From Chloroflexota bacterium (GTDB taxonomy: Bacteria; Chloroflexota; UBA11872; VXNJ01), in contig OZ253449.1 in assembly GCA_965261345.1 (NCBI GenBank), positions 768,001-832,000 on the forward strand: a DNA stretch of 64,000 nt, given 5' to 3'. The stretch's first letter is position 1. Each line of letters starts with the position of its first letter. Of this stretch, positions 20,779 to 31,792 are shown piece by piece. The notes beneath the pieces are model-generated. The model had not been told where the DNA came from, did not search any database, and saw nothing but the letters and a program-made list of their open reading frames with translations. Both the position numbers and the translations under genes were made by a program.

Positions 20779-21874
20779 TTAAGCAACCGCGGCGCGCAGG
20801 TAGGAGTTGATGAGGTCGTCCAGGTCGCCATCGAGAACCGCCGGCGCATTGCTAGTTTCGTAATTGGTCCGTAGATCTTTCACCGAGCGGTAAGGATGGA
20901 GCACGTAGGAGCGGATCTGGTTGCCAAAGTCGGCATTGAGCTGGCCCCCGGCCAATTTGGCGCGGGCAGCGTTTTGCTCGGTTAGGCGGATTTGATAGAT
21001 TCGTGCCGCCAGCAGCTTCCAGGCCGTCTCTCGGTTTTTAATCTGCGAGCGCGAATTCTGACAGCTGGCGGTAATCCCGGTGGGTAGGTGCGTGATCCGC
21101 ACCGCCGAATCCGTCTTATTTACGTGTTGCCCACCAGCACCACCGGATTTGAACGTGTCAATCCGTACCTGGTCGCGCGGGATTTCCAGGTCGATCGTCT
21201 GCGATAGCTCGGGCAACACTTCGACCTTGGCAAAGGACGTATGGCGGCGCGCGCCGGAATCAAACGGCGAGATCCTCACCAGGCGGTGAACTCCGTGCTC
21301 GGACTTGAGGAACCCGTAGGCCAGCCGGCCGGCCAGCCGGAGGGTCACCGATTTGATCCCGGCTTCCTCGGCCGGGAGCAGATCCAACACCTCGGCCTGG
21401 TAGTCCCGGCGCTCACCGTAGCGCAGGTACATCCGCATCAGCATTTCCGCCCAATCCTGCGATTCAGTGCCGCCCGCCCCGGGCGCAATCGTCAACAGCG
21501 CGTTGGCTTGATCGTGTTCGCCGGACATTGCCAATTCGAACCGGTCAGCTTCAATCTGTTTGGCCAGTCCCGCCAGTGAATCGGTCACCTCACGGGCCAC
21601 CTGGGCGTCCTCCTCGGCCATAAGGGCCAGGTCGGCAAGATCCTGCAACTCGCGTTCACGCCGACCCCAGACATCTAGCTCGGCGCGCAGGCCGGAGAGC
21701 TCGCGCATGGTTCCGGCGGCGGCCTGGGAATCACGCCAAAAATCAGCGGCAGCCGACAGTGTCGCCAGCGCTTCTACCCGCCGTGCCTTGCCGGCATGGT
21801 CAAAGACGCCCCCTTATGTCATCAACCTCAGAAAGAAGAGCCCGCGCCCGTTCGGCCATCCCGGAACCGCTCAT
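20779..21874 (-). CDS. prfB: Peptide chain release factor 2, with programmed +1 frameshift
   Basis: SPF and GGQ motifs; upstream frame MSGSGMAERARALLSEVDDIRGRL ends at CTT TGA C and continues DHAGKARR... Confidence 0.96.
21799..21814 (-). promoter_or_regulatory. RF2 autoregulatory +1 frameshift cassette
   Basis: Minus strand reads AGGGGG CGT CTT TGA C: internal SD, 3 nt, slippery CUU UGA C. Confidence 0.95.
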
Positions 21875-21901
21875 TGCCAAACCGCGGCGATCATCGCCAA
21901 G

Positions 21902-24454
21902 CTAGGCCCGCGTCCGCGAGCGGCGACGGCGGGTACGACGCTGGGCGGCCCGCCGTTGCGAGCGGTTGGGGCCGGCTGCCGCTCGCGCCGGTCTGGCCCG
22001 CCCCTCCGAGGGGGCCTGGGACCGTCCCGCCTTCCCGCGCTCGGTGGTCAGCACGCTTTCGCGAGCCACCTGGGCGGACGGCTGAAGACGGAAAAAGCGC
22101 AGCAGCGCCTCGCGGCGCACCGCCGACTGCAGGCTGGCAAACATCCCGAACGCCTGCCGGCGGAATTCAACCAGCGGATTCTGCTGGCCGATTGCAACCA
22201 GCCCGATTCCCTGGCGCAGTTCCTCTACCGCAGTCAGATGCTCAACCCACAACAGATCGAGCGACTGGATTAGGATCCAACGCAGCGCGGGCGCCCGCTG
22301 CGCCTCGTCAAGGACCGCCATCTTCGCCTCCAGGGCGGACTTGGCTGCACGGTCAAAGGCTGCGGTTATCTGTTCCCGTTCACGGTCAATTAGGGCCTCG
22401 GCATCAATCCGTTCGGGGAGATTTAGCAGTGCCGATATATTGCGCGCGGCTTCGGATATTTCCGCGGGATCCGATTCGGCGCCCAGGTCGTGACTGGAAA
22501 TTACCGCTTCGATCTCAACATCTAGCATCTCGCGCAGCTGTGCATCGGGGTCCAGTTGACCCAGATATCCAGCCCGTTGCCCGTAGACGACCTGGCGCTG
22601 CCGGTTTATCACGTCATCGAACTCGACTACGTGGCGACGGACGTCGAAATTCTGCGATTCCACTCGGCTTTGTGCCGACTCGATTGAACGGGTAATGATG
22701 CCGTTCTCTATCGGCACGTCATCGGCGATCCCCAGCCGCTCCATCACGCTGGCGACCCGATCGGATCGAAACCGCAACATGAGCTCATCTTCGAGCGATA
22801 CGAAAAAGCGCGATTCGCCGGGGTCGCCCTGGCGTCCCGATCGCCCGCGCAGTTGGTTGTCGATTCGCCGCGACTCATGCCGATCGGTGCCAAGCACGAA
22901 CAATCCGCCCAGTTCGGCCACCCCGGGATCGAGTTTGATATCGGTCCCCCGCCCGGCCATGTTGGTGGCGATCGTTACTGCCGATTTTTTTCCGGCTTCG
23001 GCCACGATTTCAGCTTCCTTGGCATGAAAGCGCGCGCTCAGGACCTGATGTTGAATCCGCTCGGCCGCCAGCAGCCGGCTCAGCTCATCGGACGCCTCAA
23101 CCGAGGCGGTGCCAACCAGAACCGGACGCTCGTGGCGGTGTTGGGCGGCGATTTCGCGAATTACTGCGCGGTTCTTGCCGATCTTGCTCTTAAATACCAG
23201 GTCAGTTCGATCCTGACGGATCATCAGGGCGTTGGTGGGAACCTCGCGCACCTGCAAGCCGTAGATCTTGTGCAGCTCCTCTTCTTCAGTCTTGGCGGTG
23301 CCGGTCATCCCCGAGAGCTTGGCATAAGACCGGAACAGGTTCTGGAAGGTGATCGTGGCCATCGTGCGGGTTTCAGCTTGGATCTGCACCTGCTCCTTGG
23401 CCTCGATCGCCTGATGCAGCCCCTCGCCGAAACGGCGGCCGTGCATCATTCGCCCGGTAAATTCATCAACGATTACTACCTGGGCGCGCGCATCGCGCGA
23501 ATCGACCACCGAGCCGTCGCGGAACAGCACATAGTCACGGTCCCGGAAGTAGAGTGCCTTGGCCCGCAGGGCCTGCTGCAAATAATGGAGCAGTTGGTAG
23601 TTGCCCTCGGCATATATGTTGTCGATACCAAGGCGCCGCTCAAGGCGATCGATCGCCGTGTCAGTGGGAACGACCGCGCGTTGTTTGTGGTCAATTTCAA
23701 AATCTGTGCCCTCCCGGAAATCTCCAACCAGGCCGGCGAAGTTTCGATAAAGAGCGGTCGACTCCGAAACCTGGCCCGAGATGATCAACGGCGTGCGGGC
23801 CTCGTCGATGAGGATGTTGTCGACCTCGTCGACGATTGCGAAGTTGAGCTGTCGCTGAACCCGGTCGGCCAGCTGCTGGACCATGTTGTCACGCAGGTAG
23901 TCGAAACCGATTTCGTTGTTGGTCCCGTAGGTCACGTCGCAGGCATAGGCGGCTCGACGGGAAGCCGGGTCACTCTCGGCGGTAACCACCCCGACGCTTA
24001 ACCCCAGGCGCTCCAAAATCGGCCCCATCCAGTCACGGTCGCGGCGGGCCAAATAATCGTTGACCGTAACGATGTGCACGCCGTTGCCGGGAAGGGCGTT
24101 CAGGTAGGCGGCCAGGGGCGCAGCGTAAGTTTTGCCCTCACCGGTCTTCATTTCGGCAATCGCGCCTTCATGGAGCACCGCGGCACCCACGATCTGCACG
24201 TCAAACTGGCGATCGCCGATAGTTCGGGCGGTGGACTCGCGCACCGCCGCAAAGGCGTCGGCCTGCAACTGGTTGAGGTTCCGCCCATTTTTAAATTGCT
24301 CGCGCAGACGGGCGCTAACTGCTGCCAGGGTGGCCTCGTCCATGGCCCGGTAGCGGTCGGCTAGCTCGTTTACCTGTTCGCACAGGCGGCGATGGCGGCG
24401 CATCGTCTTGTCTGGCCCTTCACGCCAAAGGCCGGTTAGCTTACTTAGCATCAT
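21902..24454 (-). CDS. secA: Preprotein translocase ATPase SecA
   Basis: MKTGEGKT, DEVDNILIDEARTPLIISG, TNMAGRGTDI, QLRGRSGRQGDPG. Confidence 0.98.
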   Translation of the reverse strand: MMLSKLTGLWREGPDKTMRRHRRLCEQVNELADRYRAMDEATLAAVSARLREQFKNGRNLNQLQADAFAAVRESTARTIGDRQFDVQIVGAAVLHEGAIAEMKTGEGKTYAAPLAAYLNALPGNGVHIVTVNDYLARRDRDWMGPILERLGLSVGVVTAESDPASRRAAYACDVTYGTNNEIGFDYLRDNMVQQLADRVQRQLNFAIVDEVDNILIDEARTPLIISGQVSESTALYRNFAGLVGDFREGTDFEIDHKQRAVVPTDTAIDRLERRLGIDNIYAEGNYQLLHYLQQALRAKALYFRDRDYVLFRDGSVVDSRDARAQVVIVDEFTGRMMHGRRFGEGLHQAIEAKEQVQIQAETRTMATITFQNLFRSYAKLSGMTGTAKTEEEELHKIYGLQVREVPTNALMIRQDRTDLVFKSKIGKNRAVIREIAAQHRHERPVLVGTASVEASDELSRLLAAERIQHQVLSARFHAKEAEIVAEAGKKSAVTIATNMAGRGTDIKLDPGVAELGGLFVLGTDRHESRRIDNQLRGRSGRQGDPGESRFFVSLEDELMLRFRSDRVASVMERLGIADDVPIENGIITRSIESAQSRVESQNFDVRRHVVEFDDVINRQRQVVYGQRAGYLGQLDPDAQLREMLDVEIEAVISSHDLGAESDPAEISEAARNISALLNLPERIDAEALIDREREQITAAFDRAAKSALEAKMAVLDEAQRAPALRWILIQSLDLLWVEHLTAVEELRQGIGLVAIGQQNPLVEFRRQAFGMFASLQSAVRREALLRFFRLQPSAQVARESVLTTERGKAGRSQAPSEGRARPARAAAGPNRSQRRAAQRRTRRRRSRTRA

Positions 24455-24564
24455 TCGGGTTCTGGGCGATCAATTCACACCGGATCGGCCGGGGTTGGCA
24501 CAAACCTAGCACGACCCGCGGCGTGTCAAACCGTCCGTGAGGGCCGGTTTCCGATTGGGCCGGG

Positions 24565-25896
24565 CTAATAGGGAGCACCGGTATCGCGGGGGTGGAATTC
24601 CCCGAACTCGCGCACGAAGACCGCATCGACTATCCCGGTTTGGCCATGGCGGTGCTTGGCGACCTCGATCTTTAGATCCAAGTTACCGATGTGCGACCGT
24701 TCGTCCTCCTCAGAGTAGAGAAAGATGACGACATCGGAATCCTGTTCGATCGAACCGCTTTCGCGAAGATCTGACAATCGCGGCTTCTGGCCGCCGCGCA
24801 TTTCGATCGCCCGCGAGAGCTGAGCCCCGGCTATCACCGGCACCTCCAACTCGCGCGCCAGTTGTTTTAGCGATCGGGTTATCTGGGAAATCTGCTGCAC
24901 CCGGTTCTCGTGGTCACGGTGCGGCCGCATAAGTTGCAGGTAATCAATGATCACCAGTCCGATGTGGTGATCGAGTTTTAGCCGCCGCGCTTTCGACCGG
25001 AGCTGCAGTTCAGTTAGCGCCGGGGTGTCGTCGAGATATATCGGAAACTCACTCAGATTGCCAGCTTCCGTTCCTATGATTCCAAATTCGGCGTCGGTGA
25101 GATCGGCGTCGCGCAGCTTGGAGGAATCGATTCGGGTCTGCATGCTCAGCAGGCGCTGAGTAAGTTGCCGCGGCGAAACCTCGAGCGTAAAAATTGCCAC
25201 CGGAACCCGGTGCTGCCCGGCCGCCCGCCAAGCCAAGTTGAGCATGAAGGAAGTTTTACCCACCCCGGTGCGGGCGGCGACCGTAATCAGGTCGGACGGT
25301 TGAAACCCGCCGAGCAGCTCGTCCAAGCGAGCAAATCCGGTATGGACCCCGGAGAGTGAATCGCCCTGGTCCTTACGCGCCAGCAAATCGTCAACGTAGG
25401 GCCCCAGCAGTTCGCGAACGTGCTGATAGCTGCCCGAGTCGGTGTTGGCGGCCAGCTGAAACAGAAGTTCCTGGGCGTGCGCTACGACCTCGTCGGCGTC
25501 GGCGCCGCGCTCGTAAGACAAATCGGACAGCGCCCGTGCGCCATCGATTACCTGCCGCAGGATCGCGTTGCGCTTTACGATTTCGGCGTAGTAGCGCACG
25601 TTGAACGAGGTGGGAACCTCATTGGCCAGCACGCTCAAATAGGCAGTGCCACCGGCGCCGTCCAGATTTTCGCCGCGCTCTAGCTCGTCAACTACCAGCA
25701 TCAGGTCGGCCGGCAGGCTACGAGCTGCCAAATTTTCGATCGCCCGATAGATCAATCGGTGCGGCTGGCGGTAAAAATCCCGTTCGGTCAGGAAGTCGGC
25801 GATCCTGGTGATGCCCTGCGGGTCGAGCAGTAGCGAACCCAGAACTGATCGCTCAGCGTCTTCACTATGCGGTGGTGTCCGCAGTTGGGTGCTCAT
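24565..25896 (-). CDS. dnaB: Replicative DNA helicase
   Basis: PPHSEDAE, ARTGVGKT, IDYLQL, LRESGSIEQD. Confidence 0.97.
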   Translation of the reverse strand: MSTQLRTPPHSEDAERSVLGSLLLDPQGITRIADFLTERDFYRQPHRLIYRAIENLAARSLPADLMLVVDELERGENLDGAGGTAYLSVLANEVPTSFNVRYYAEIVKRNAILRQVIDGARALSDLSYERGADADEVVAHAQELLFQLAANTDSGSYQHVRELLGPYVDDLLARKDQGDSLSGVHTGFARLDELLGGFQPSDLITVAARTGVGKTSFMLNLAWRAAGQHRVPVAIFTLEVSPRQLTQRLLSMQTRIDSSKLRDADLTDAEFGIIGTEAGNLSEFPIYLDDTPALTELQLRSKARRLKLDHHIGLVIIDYLQLMRPHRDHENRVQQISQITRSLKQLARELEVPVIAGAQLSRAIEMRGGQKPRLSDLRESGSIEQDSDVVIFLYSEEDERSHIGNLDLKIEVAKHRHGQTGIVDAVFVREFGEFHPRDTGAPY

Positions 25897-25969
25897 ACGA
25901 GCACCTTAAATTAGATCCCGGCTACGGTAGCGCGGATTGTTCCGCCCGCCACCGGCGAGCCGGCGGCGA

Positions 25970-26488
25970 TCACTCCGCCTCGGCCGCCTGTTGCAGCTCC
26001 AGCTGTTCGCGCGCCATCGCCTCGGCTTCGGCCGCCAATTCGTCCAGGTCCATTACCTCTACCGTGATTGAGGCTTCCAGCCCGGTAGCGATCCGCACCG
26101 GCAGCGTGAAAATGCCCAGCGAACGGATCGGGTCCAGGATCGAGATCCGGTGGCGGTCGATTTCGATGTTGACCTGTTCAAGCAGGGCTTCGGCCACCTG
26201 CTGATTTGTCACCCGGCCGTGGATTCGGCCCTCGGAGCCTACCCGGGCTGGGATGATCACCGAGGCACCCTGCAACTTGGAGGCGACCGCCTGCGCCTTT
26301 GCCATCTCCAACCGCGCACGGTGGGCGGCGATGAGATGGCGGGTTTCCTGATCACGCAGTACCCCGCTGGTGGCCGGGCGCGCCAATCGCTTGGGGATCA
26401 GGTGGTTGCGCGCATACCCGGAGGAAACTTCGGCGATTTGGCCCACGGTCCCGAGCTTGGGAACGTCGGCCAGCAGGATTACTTTCAC
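25970..26488 (-). CDS. rplI: 50S ribosomal protein L9
   Basis: [12 protein letters not shown]...V..GYARNHLIP. Confidence 0.96.
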   Translation of the reverse strand: MKVILLADVPKLGTVGQIAEVSSGYARNHLIPKRLARPATSGVLRDQETRHLIAAHRARLEMAKAQAVASKLQGASVIIPARVGSEGRIHGRVTNQQVAEALLEQVNIEIDRHRISILDPIRSLGIFTLPVRIATGLEASITVEVMDLDELAAEAEAMAREQLELQQAAEAE

Positions 26489-27861
26489 AGCGACTGCTTC
26501 TGTATTGTTCTCATGAAATCATTGTTGTCGCGGGTTTTCTTCAGCTGATCGAGCATCAACTCGATCGCGTCCTCGTCGCCGACCGCAAAGAGCATCCGGC
26601 GCAGCAGCCAACTCATTCGCGTTTTTTCGTCGTCGAGGAGCAGTTCGATCCGGCGAGTACCAGATTTAAGCACATCCACCGACGGAAACGTCCCGCGTTC
26701 GGCCAATCGACGGTTAAGGATCAGTTCCCAGTTGCCGGTTCCCTTAAATTCCTCGTAGATCACTTCGTCCATCCGCGATCCCGTGTCGATCAGGCAGGAC
26801 GCCAGCACCGTAAGTGAACCGCCGTGTTCGATGTTGCGGCCCGATCCGAAAAAGGTTTTGGGGGGCACCAGAGCGGCCGGGTCGACGCCTCCCGAAAGGG
26901 TTTTACCGGACGAGGGGACTTGCAGGTTGTAGGCCCGTGCCAGGCGGGTAATTGAATCTAGGAACAGGACCACATTGGCCCCGTTTTCCACCAGACGTCG
27001 GGCGTGCTGCATGGTCAGCTCGGCCACTCGGCAGTGGGTTTCAGGGTGCTCGTCAAAAGTGGAACTGATAACTTCAGCGTCAATCGAGCGCTGCCAGTCG
27101 GTTACTTCCTCGGGCCGCTCGCCAATGAGGGCCACAATCAGCTTCAGATCGTCGTAGTTGGTGGAGATCGCCTTCGCGATGCGCTTTAGCACCTCGGTCT
27201 TGCCGGCCTTTGGCGGGGAGACGATCAATCCGCGCTGCCCGCGCCCGATGGGGGCTACCAAGTCGATCATGCGCGAGGTCAGGTCGGTGCGAACATGTTC
27301 GAGTTGGAGCTGTTCGGTCGGGAAAATCGGGACCAGATTGCGAAACCGCGGACGCTTCTCGGCCAGGCTCGGATCGGCATTGTTGACCGCCACCACCCGC
27401 GTTAATCCGCGAAACTTTTCGTTGTCCTTGGGCCGTCGGACCTGTCCGGTTACCGAATCGCCGTTGCGCAGGCCGGCGCGCCGGATCTGCGCCTGGGATA
27501 CGTAAATGTCTTTGGGGTCCGGCACCCAACGCGGGTTGTTGCGCAGCAGCCCGAATCCCTCATGGGTCATTTCCAGAACGCCATGCTCAAGCGAATTGGC
27601 CAGGCCCGCATCGCTCTTGGCGATGATCTGTTCGACCAACGACCGCTTGTCATCCTCGTCATCGTAGGTCACAACCCCGAGGCGTTCGGCCAGGACCTGG
27701 AGCTCCTCGTATTCGCGGGCCAGAAAATCACGGCTCGAGAACATTCCAAGATAGTCCAGCGACCCGTTCTCGCCATTGATGTCGATGTTGCGCACAGCGG
27801 CGCCCCAATTTCCGCCGCGACCGCGGTCGCGGTCGCGGTACGGTCTACGGCGTCCGCTCAA
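26485..27861 (-). CDS. rho: Transcription termination factor Rho
   Basis: [42 protein letters not shown]. Confidence 0.98.
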   Translation of the reverse strand: MSGRRRPYRDRDRGRGGNWGAAVRNIDINGENGSLDYLGMFSSRDFLAREYEELQVLAERLGVVTYDDEDDKRSLVEQIIAKSDAGLANSLEHGVLEMTHEGFGLLRNNPRWVPDPKDIYVSQAQIRRAGLRNGDSVTGQVRRPKDNEKFRGLTRVVAVNNADPSLAEKRPRFRNLVPIFPTEQLQLEHVRTDLTSRMIDLVAPIGRGQRGLIVSPPKAGKTEVLKRIAKAISTNYDDLKLIVALIGERPEEVTDWQRSIDAEVISSTFDEHPETHCRVAELTMQHARRLVENGANVVLFLDSITRLARAYNLQVPSSGKTLSGGVDPAALVPPKTFFGSGRNIEHGGSLTVLASCLIDTGSRMDEVIYEEFKGTGNWELILNRRLAERGTFPSVDVLKSGTRRIELLLDDEKTRMSWLLRRMLFAVGDEDAIELMLDQLKKTRDNNDFMRTIQKQSL

Positions 27862-27997
27862 AGGAAATCTCCAAGTGTTTTGGCAGGATCGCCAGACCTT
27901 TTGCAGGCGGCCAACTATGGCAAGTGGGTCCGCTGCGGCAAATGAACTGACAAGATGCCGGAAGAAATTTGCGGGAATCGCGACGCTGGTCTAGTCG

Positions 27998-28726
27998 TTG
28001 GCCGACTGGCTACGGGCGCCGCCCCTACATCAACCGAACGCACGAATTGGCTGTCCGGCTTTGGAGAATGATACACCGTGCACAACCCGGCGGGAGTTTG
28101 GCCAGTTGAATATCGCGGAATCGTCGACCCGGACGCCGACCTTCCGGCTGGGCATCATTGGCGGCTCCTTTGATCCGGTGCACAAAGGGCACATTGCCCT
28201 GGCCAAGGCCTGCCTGCATTCGGGCCGGATCGACCGGGCGCTGCTTATTCCGGCGGCCCGCGCGCCCCTGCGGGTGGCTCCGCGCGAATCGGCTCGGCAT
28301 CGAATGGCGATGTGCAAATTGGCAATCGCCGGGGTCAAGAATCTGACGGTGTGCGGCTTGGAAGCCGGCCTTCAACGCGCCTACACCGTCGATACCTTGG
28401 CGCAGTTGACCAAGCTCAATCCGGGATGTGAACTGTTCCTGATAATCGGCACCGATCTGGTCGGCGAACTGACCAACTGGCGCAATCTGCCGGGAATTCT
28501 TAAATTGGCCCAGATAATGGCCGTCCGGCGCCCCGGTTGGCTGGCGGACACCTGCCCTCCAGATCCCGCGCTCGCCGATCGCCTGCAGATCGTTGACGTT
28601 GACACACCCGACATTTCCTCCACGCTCGTCCGCGCGAACCTGGCAGCGGGGGCGAAAATTTGCAACCTGGTGCCAGCGCCGGTTCTTCAATACATTCGGT
28701 CCCACAATCTCTATCAGCACGCGTGA
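27998..28726 (+). CDS. nadD: Nicotinate-nucleotide adenylyltransferase (true start probably downstream)
   Basis: GGSFDPVHKGH, YTVDTL, ISSTLVR. Confidence 0.93.
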   Translation: MADWLRAPPLHQPNARIGCPALENDTPCTTRREFGQLNIAESSTRTPTFRLGIIGGSFDPVHKGHIALAKACLHSGRIDRALLIPAARAPLRVAPRESARHRMAMCKLAIAGVKNLTVCGLEAGLQRAYTVDTLAQLTKLNPGCELFLIIGTDLVGELTNWRNLPGILKLAQIMAVRRPGWLADTCPPDPALADRLQIVDVDTPDISSTLVRANLAAGAKICNLVPAPVLQYIRSHNLYQHA

Positions 28727-28777
28727 ATCAATCAGAGCCCGGCCGGCGGGTGGACCCGCCGGCGAGCGCCAGGCGCA

Positions 28778-29158
28778 TTGCGCGTGTCGCAAGACCTGAA
28801 CGCTAGCCGCCCCGGCCTTGCCGGTCCACGCTCGCTTGCCCACGCCATAGCGCAGGAGCTAAGCGAGAAGTCGGCCGCGCAAGTTCGCGTATTGGAGATT
28901 TCGCCAATCTCTTCAATCGCCGATTACTTCATCCTGGCCAATGCGAATTCACGCCTGCATCTGCGCGGGCTAGTTGATGGGTGCAGTCAGTTGGCCCCCA
29001 AAGGGCTGGCGGTGCGGGTCGAAGGCCGCCCCGATGACGGTTGGGTACTGGTTGATTTTGGCGACCTGATCGTTCACATTTTCCTAGCCGAACAGCGCGC
29101 GTATTTTGCCATCGATGAGCTTTGGTCAGATGCGCGCACGCTACTGCATGTGCAATAG
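28778..29158 (+). CDS. rsfS: Ribosome silencing factor
   Basis: ADYFIL, WVLVDFGDLIVHIF...YFAIDELW; canonical position after nadD. Confidence 0.92.
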   Translation: MRVSQDLNASRPGLAGPRSLAHAIAQELSEKSAAQVRVLEISPISSIADYFILANANSRLHLRGLVDGCSQLAPKGLAVRVEGRPDDGWVLVDFGDLIVHIFLAEQRAYFAIDELWSDARTLLHVQ

Positions 29159-29426
29159 CGGCAGGGAATCGGTGAATTTTTGGGTCCCCGTTAACATTCA
29201 ATTGAGGCAGTCGAGTCCGAACTGGAGGCGAATTAAATGGCACGCCGGTCGCATGCTATCGCCGCCTTGGAGATCGGGTTCGCGCTGGTAACCGGGATCG
29301 GTATCGGGCTGCTGTTTGGATCGCGCGGACCGCTGCGGGCCATGTTGCGCCGGGCCCATCCGCTGACCCGCCGCCACAACGTCGACTACGACGTATTGCA
29401 GCAGTAGCTCGGGTACCGCCGGCTCG

Positions 29427-31778
29427 CTAACGTAGTTCGACCACGGTAACGCCGTCGCCACCCTCGGTTGGCGGCCCCATCGCGAATTTCTTCACCAACG
29501 GATGGCCGCGGAGGTGAGATCGGACCGCGTCGCGCAGAACTCCGGACCCCAGGCCGTGCACCAGCACCGCGCTGGCGCGATTGCCAGCCACTGCCCGGTC
29601 GAGATGGCGATCCACTTCAACCGCGACGTGGTCGGGGAATACCCCGTGCAGGTCACCCCGGTAGGGAATCGGGCTGGCGGGCGCGGACGGCGCGACGCGA
29701 CGCTTGGCCTGGCCGCGATTGCCAGGAACAACCCGCCGGACCGCGGAACGATCGATCCGCCGCCGCAGTGATCCCACCGCCACTTCCAGTTCGCGTCCAC
29801 CGCGGCGGACGGCGATCACCCTGGCCGCCGGACCCGGTGCGGTCAATTCAACCCGGTCGCCGGGATTGATTGATACCGCCGGTCCCGGTTCCGGTCGATT
29901 GGCGGAGGGCTCAGCGGGTTCGGGAAATCCCAGTTGATCGTGCTCGCGCTGGCTCGAACGGGCTCGATCGGCAATTTTCTTGGCGGCCGAAGAGTCGGAC
30001 CCGGCGCTGGCCCGGGCCATTTGTCGGGAGAGCGATTCCATCTCCCTGAGCATTCGGCGCGAATTGGCGCGCTGGCGCGCCAATTCATCCTCGAACCGCG
30101 CGCGCTGTTGGGCAATCTCCAGGGTCACGTTGGTATGGATTTGGCTGGTCAAGCGGGCCTGATCACTCGCTTCTTGCTGGACCTTGTCAGCTTCCGCATG
30201 TTGGCTGCGCACCTTCTGCAGAATCGACTCAATTTCGCGATGCTTGGGGGCAAGACCGGCCCGCGCCCGCCGGCAGACCGACTGCGGAAGCCCGGAGCGC
30301 CCCGCTATATCGATGGCATGCGAGGACCCGGCGACGCCGATTTGCAGGCGATAGCGCGGGGCCAACGTTTCCAGATCAAATTCAACGCTTGCAGTTTCGG
30401 CCCTGGGGTTGTCGATAGCATGATACTTAAGGTCGCCAAAGTGGGTTGTGGCCATCACCAGGCTTCCACGTTCAAGCAGCGTGTCAATGATCGCCGCTGC
30501 CAGGGCGGATCCTTCGGCCGGATCGGTTCCCGCACCAATCTCATCGCACAGCACCAGCGACCGGGCGGTGGCCCTGTCCACGGCGACCGCCAGCCGCCGC
30601 ATGTGCGAGCTGAATGTACTCAGGTTTTGGGCAATGCTCTGCTCGTCGCCAATGTCGGCAAATATGGCGTCAAATATTGCGACCGTCGATCCGGCCGCGG
30701 CCGGAATTTGCAGACCGCAGGCGGCCATCAAGTGCAATAGCCCGACGGTCTTGAGGGCGACCGTCTTCCCGCCGGCGTTGGAACCGGTAACTACCAATGC
30801 GCCAAAGCCGGCCGCTCCGCCCACGCGGACGTTGATTGGGACCGCATCCGACCCGAGCAGCGGGTGGCGGGCCGAACGCAGATCAAAGGACAGGTCTTCG
30901 GCCAACCGCGGACGGCTGGCAGCCTGGACCAACGCCAACTTCCCGCGGGCTAGGATGAGGTCCAATTCGGCTGCCAGCGTCAAGTTCCCCATCAGCACAT
31001 CGGCGCGCTGTGCGATCCGGGCGGTGAGCAGAGAAAGTACCCGGTGGATTTCATTGCGCTCCTGCAGGCGCAGAGTCCGCAGCGCATTGTTGAGCGCGAC
31101 CGTGGGCAACGGCTCCACGTATACGGTCGCTCCACTGGATGAAATATCGTGCACCACGCCGGCGACCTGGCTCTGGCTCTCACGCCGTAGGGGAAGAACG
31201 TAGCGACCGTCGCGAACCGTAAACAGCGGTTCACGCAGCACCCCGCTGGCCGAGAGCGTTTCGATTAGACGGCCAAAAGCCTGCTCAAGCAGGGCTCGTT
31301 TCGAACGCAGTTGACGACGGATCTGGGCCAGCTCGGCCGATGCTCGGTCGCGCACCCCGCCGGATTCGTCCAAGGTCTTGCCAATGGCCGTCACCAAGTC
31401 CGCCAGCGGGTCGATCCGGCGCGACCGAGCCGCCAAATTTGGGGCAATCGTAACTGCCGCCAAGGATCCAGCGAATCGCGCCAACCCCGATATCGAGTCG
31501 CGGAGCTGGGCAAATTCGACCGCTTCGGGCACCGCGCCAACCGTTACTCGCTCCAGAATATGGTCGATTTCGCTGACCCCAACGCACCCCAATCGTTCGT
31601 TTTCGCGCAACGCGGCGATCGCCTCGGCGGTTTCATCCTGCCGGGTCGCAAATTCACCGGCATCGTCGGTCGGCAGCAACTCGGCGGCTTTGCGGATCGA
31701 GCCGAAGAACCCGCAATGGTCCTGCAACGAGCCCAACACGGCTGGTAATTCCAGGGCCTGGGCACTGGACATCAACAC
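29427..31778 (-). CDS. mutS2: MutS2 with C-terminal Smr domain
   Basis: TGSNAGGKT, DIGDEQSIAQNLSTFSSH, Smr DLHG...HGLGSG...GGDGVTVV. Confidence 0.95.
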   Translation of the reverse strand: MLMSSAQALELPAVLGSLQDHCGFFGSIRKAAELLPTDDAGEFATRQDETAEAIAALRENERLGCVGVSEIDHILERVTVGAVPEAVEFAQLRDSISGLARFAGSLAAVTIAPNLAARSRRIDPLADLVTAIGKTLDESGGVRDRASAELAQIRRQLRSKRALLEQAFGRLIETLSASGVLREPLFTVRDGRYVLPLRRESQSQVAGVVHDISSSGATVYVEPLPTVALNNALRTLRLQERNEIHRVLSLLTARIAQRADVLMGNLTLAAELDLILARGKLALVQAASRPRLAEDLSFDLRSARHPLLGSDAVPINVRVGGAAGFGALVVTGSNAGGKTVALKTVGLLHLMAACGLQIPAAAGSTVAIFDAIFADIGDEQSIAQNLSTFSSHMRRLAVAVDRATARSLVLCDEIGAGTDPAEGSALAAAIIDTLLERGSLVMATTHFGDLKYHAIDNPRAETASVEFDLETLAPRYRLQIGVAGSSHAIDIAGRSGLPQSVCRRARAGLAPKHREIESILQKVRSQHAEADKVQQEASDQARLTSQIHTNVTLEIAQQRARFEDELARQRANSRRMLREMESLSRQMARASAGSDSSAAKKIADRARSSQREHDQLGFPEPAEPSANRPEPGPAVSINPGDRVELTAPGPAARVIAVRRGGRELEVAVGSLRRRIDRSAVRRVVPGNRGQAKRRVAPSAPASPIPYRGDLHGVFPDHVAVEVDRHLDRAVAGNRASAVLVHGLGSGVLRDAVRSHLRGHPLVKKFAMGPPTEGGDGVTVVELR

Positions 31779-31792
31779 TGCTGCCGGCCCCG

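Noticed and set aside
21799-21814. In-frame TGA in prfB as a pseudogene or selenocysteine codon
   Set aside because: Canonical RF2 programmed frameshift.
22853-24001. Long antisense or shadow ORFs here and across the track
   Set aside because: They overlap well-supported genes and are expected at high GC.
29198-29461. Small ORF after mutS2 (also 34544-34726)
   Set aside because: No motif or clear RBS; cannot be supported.
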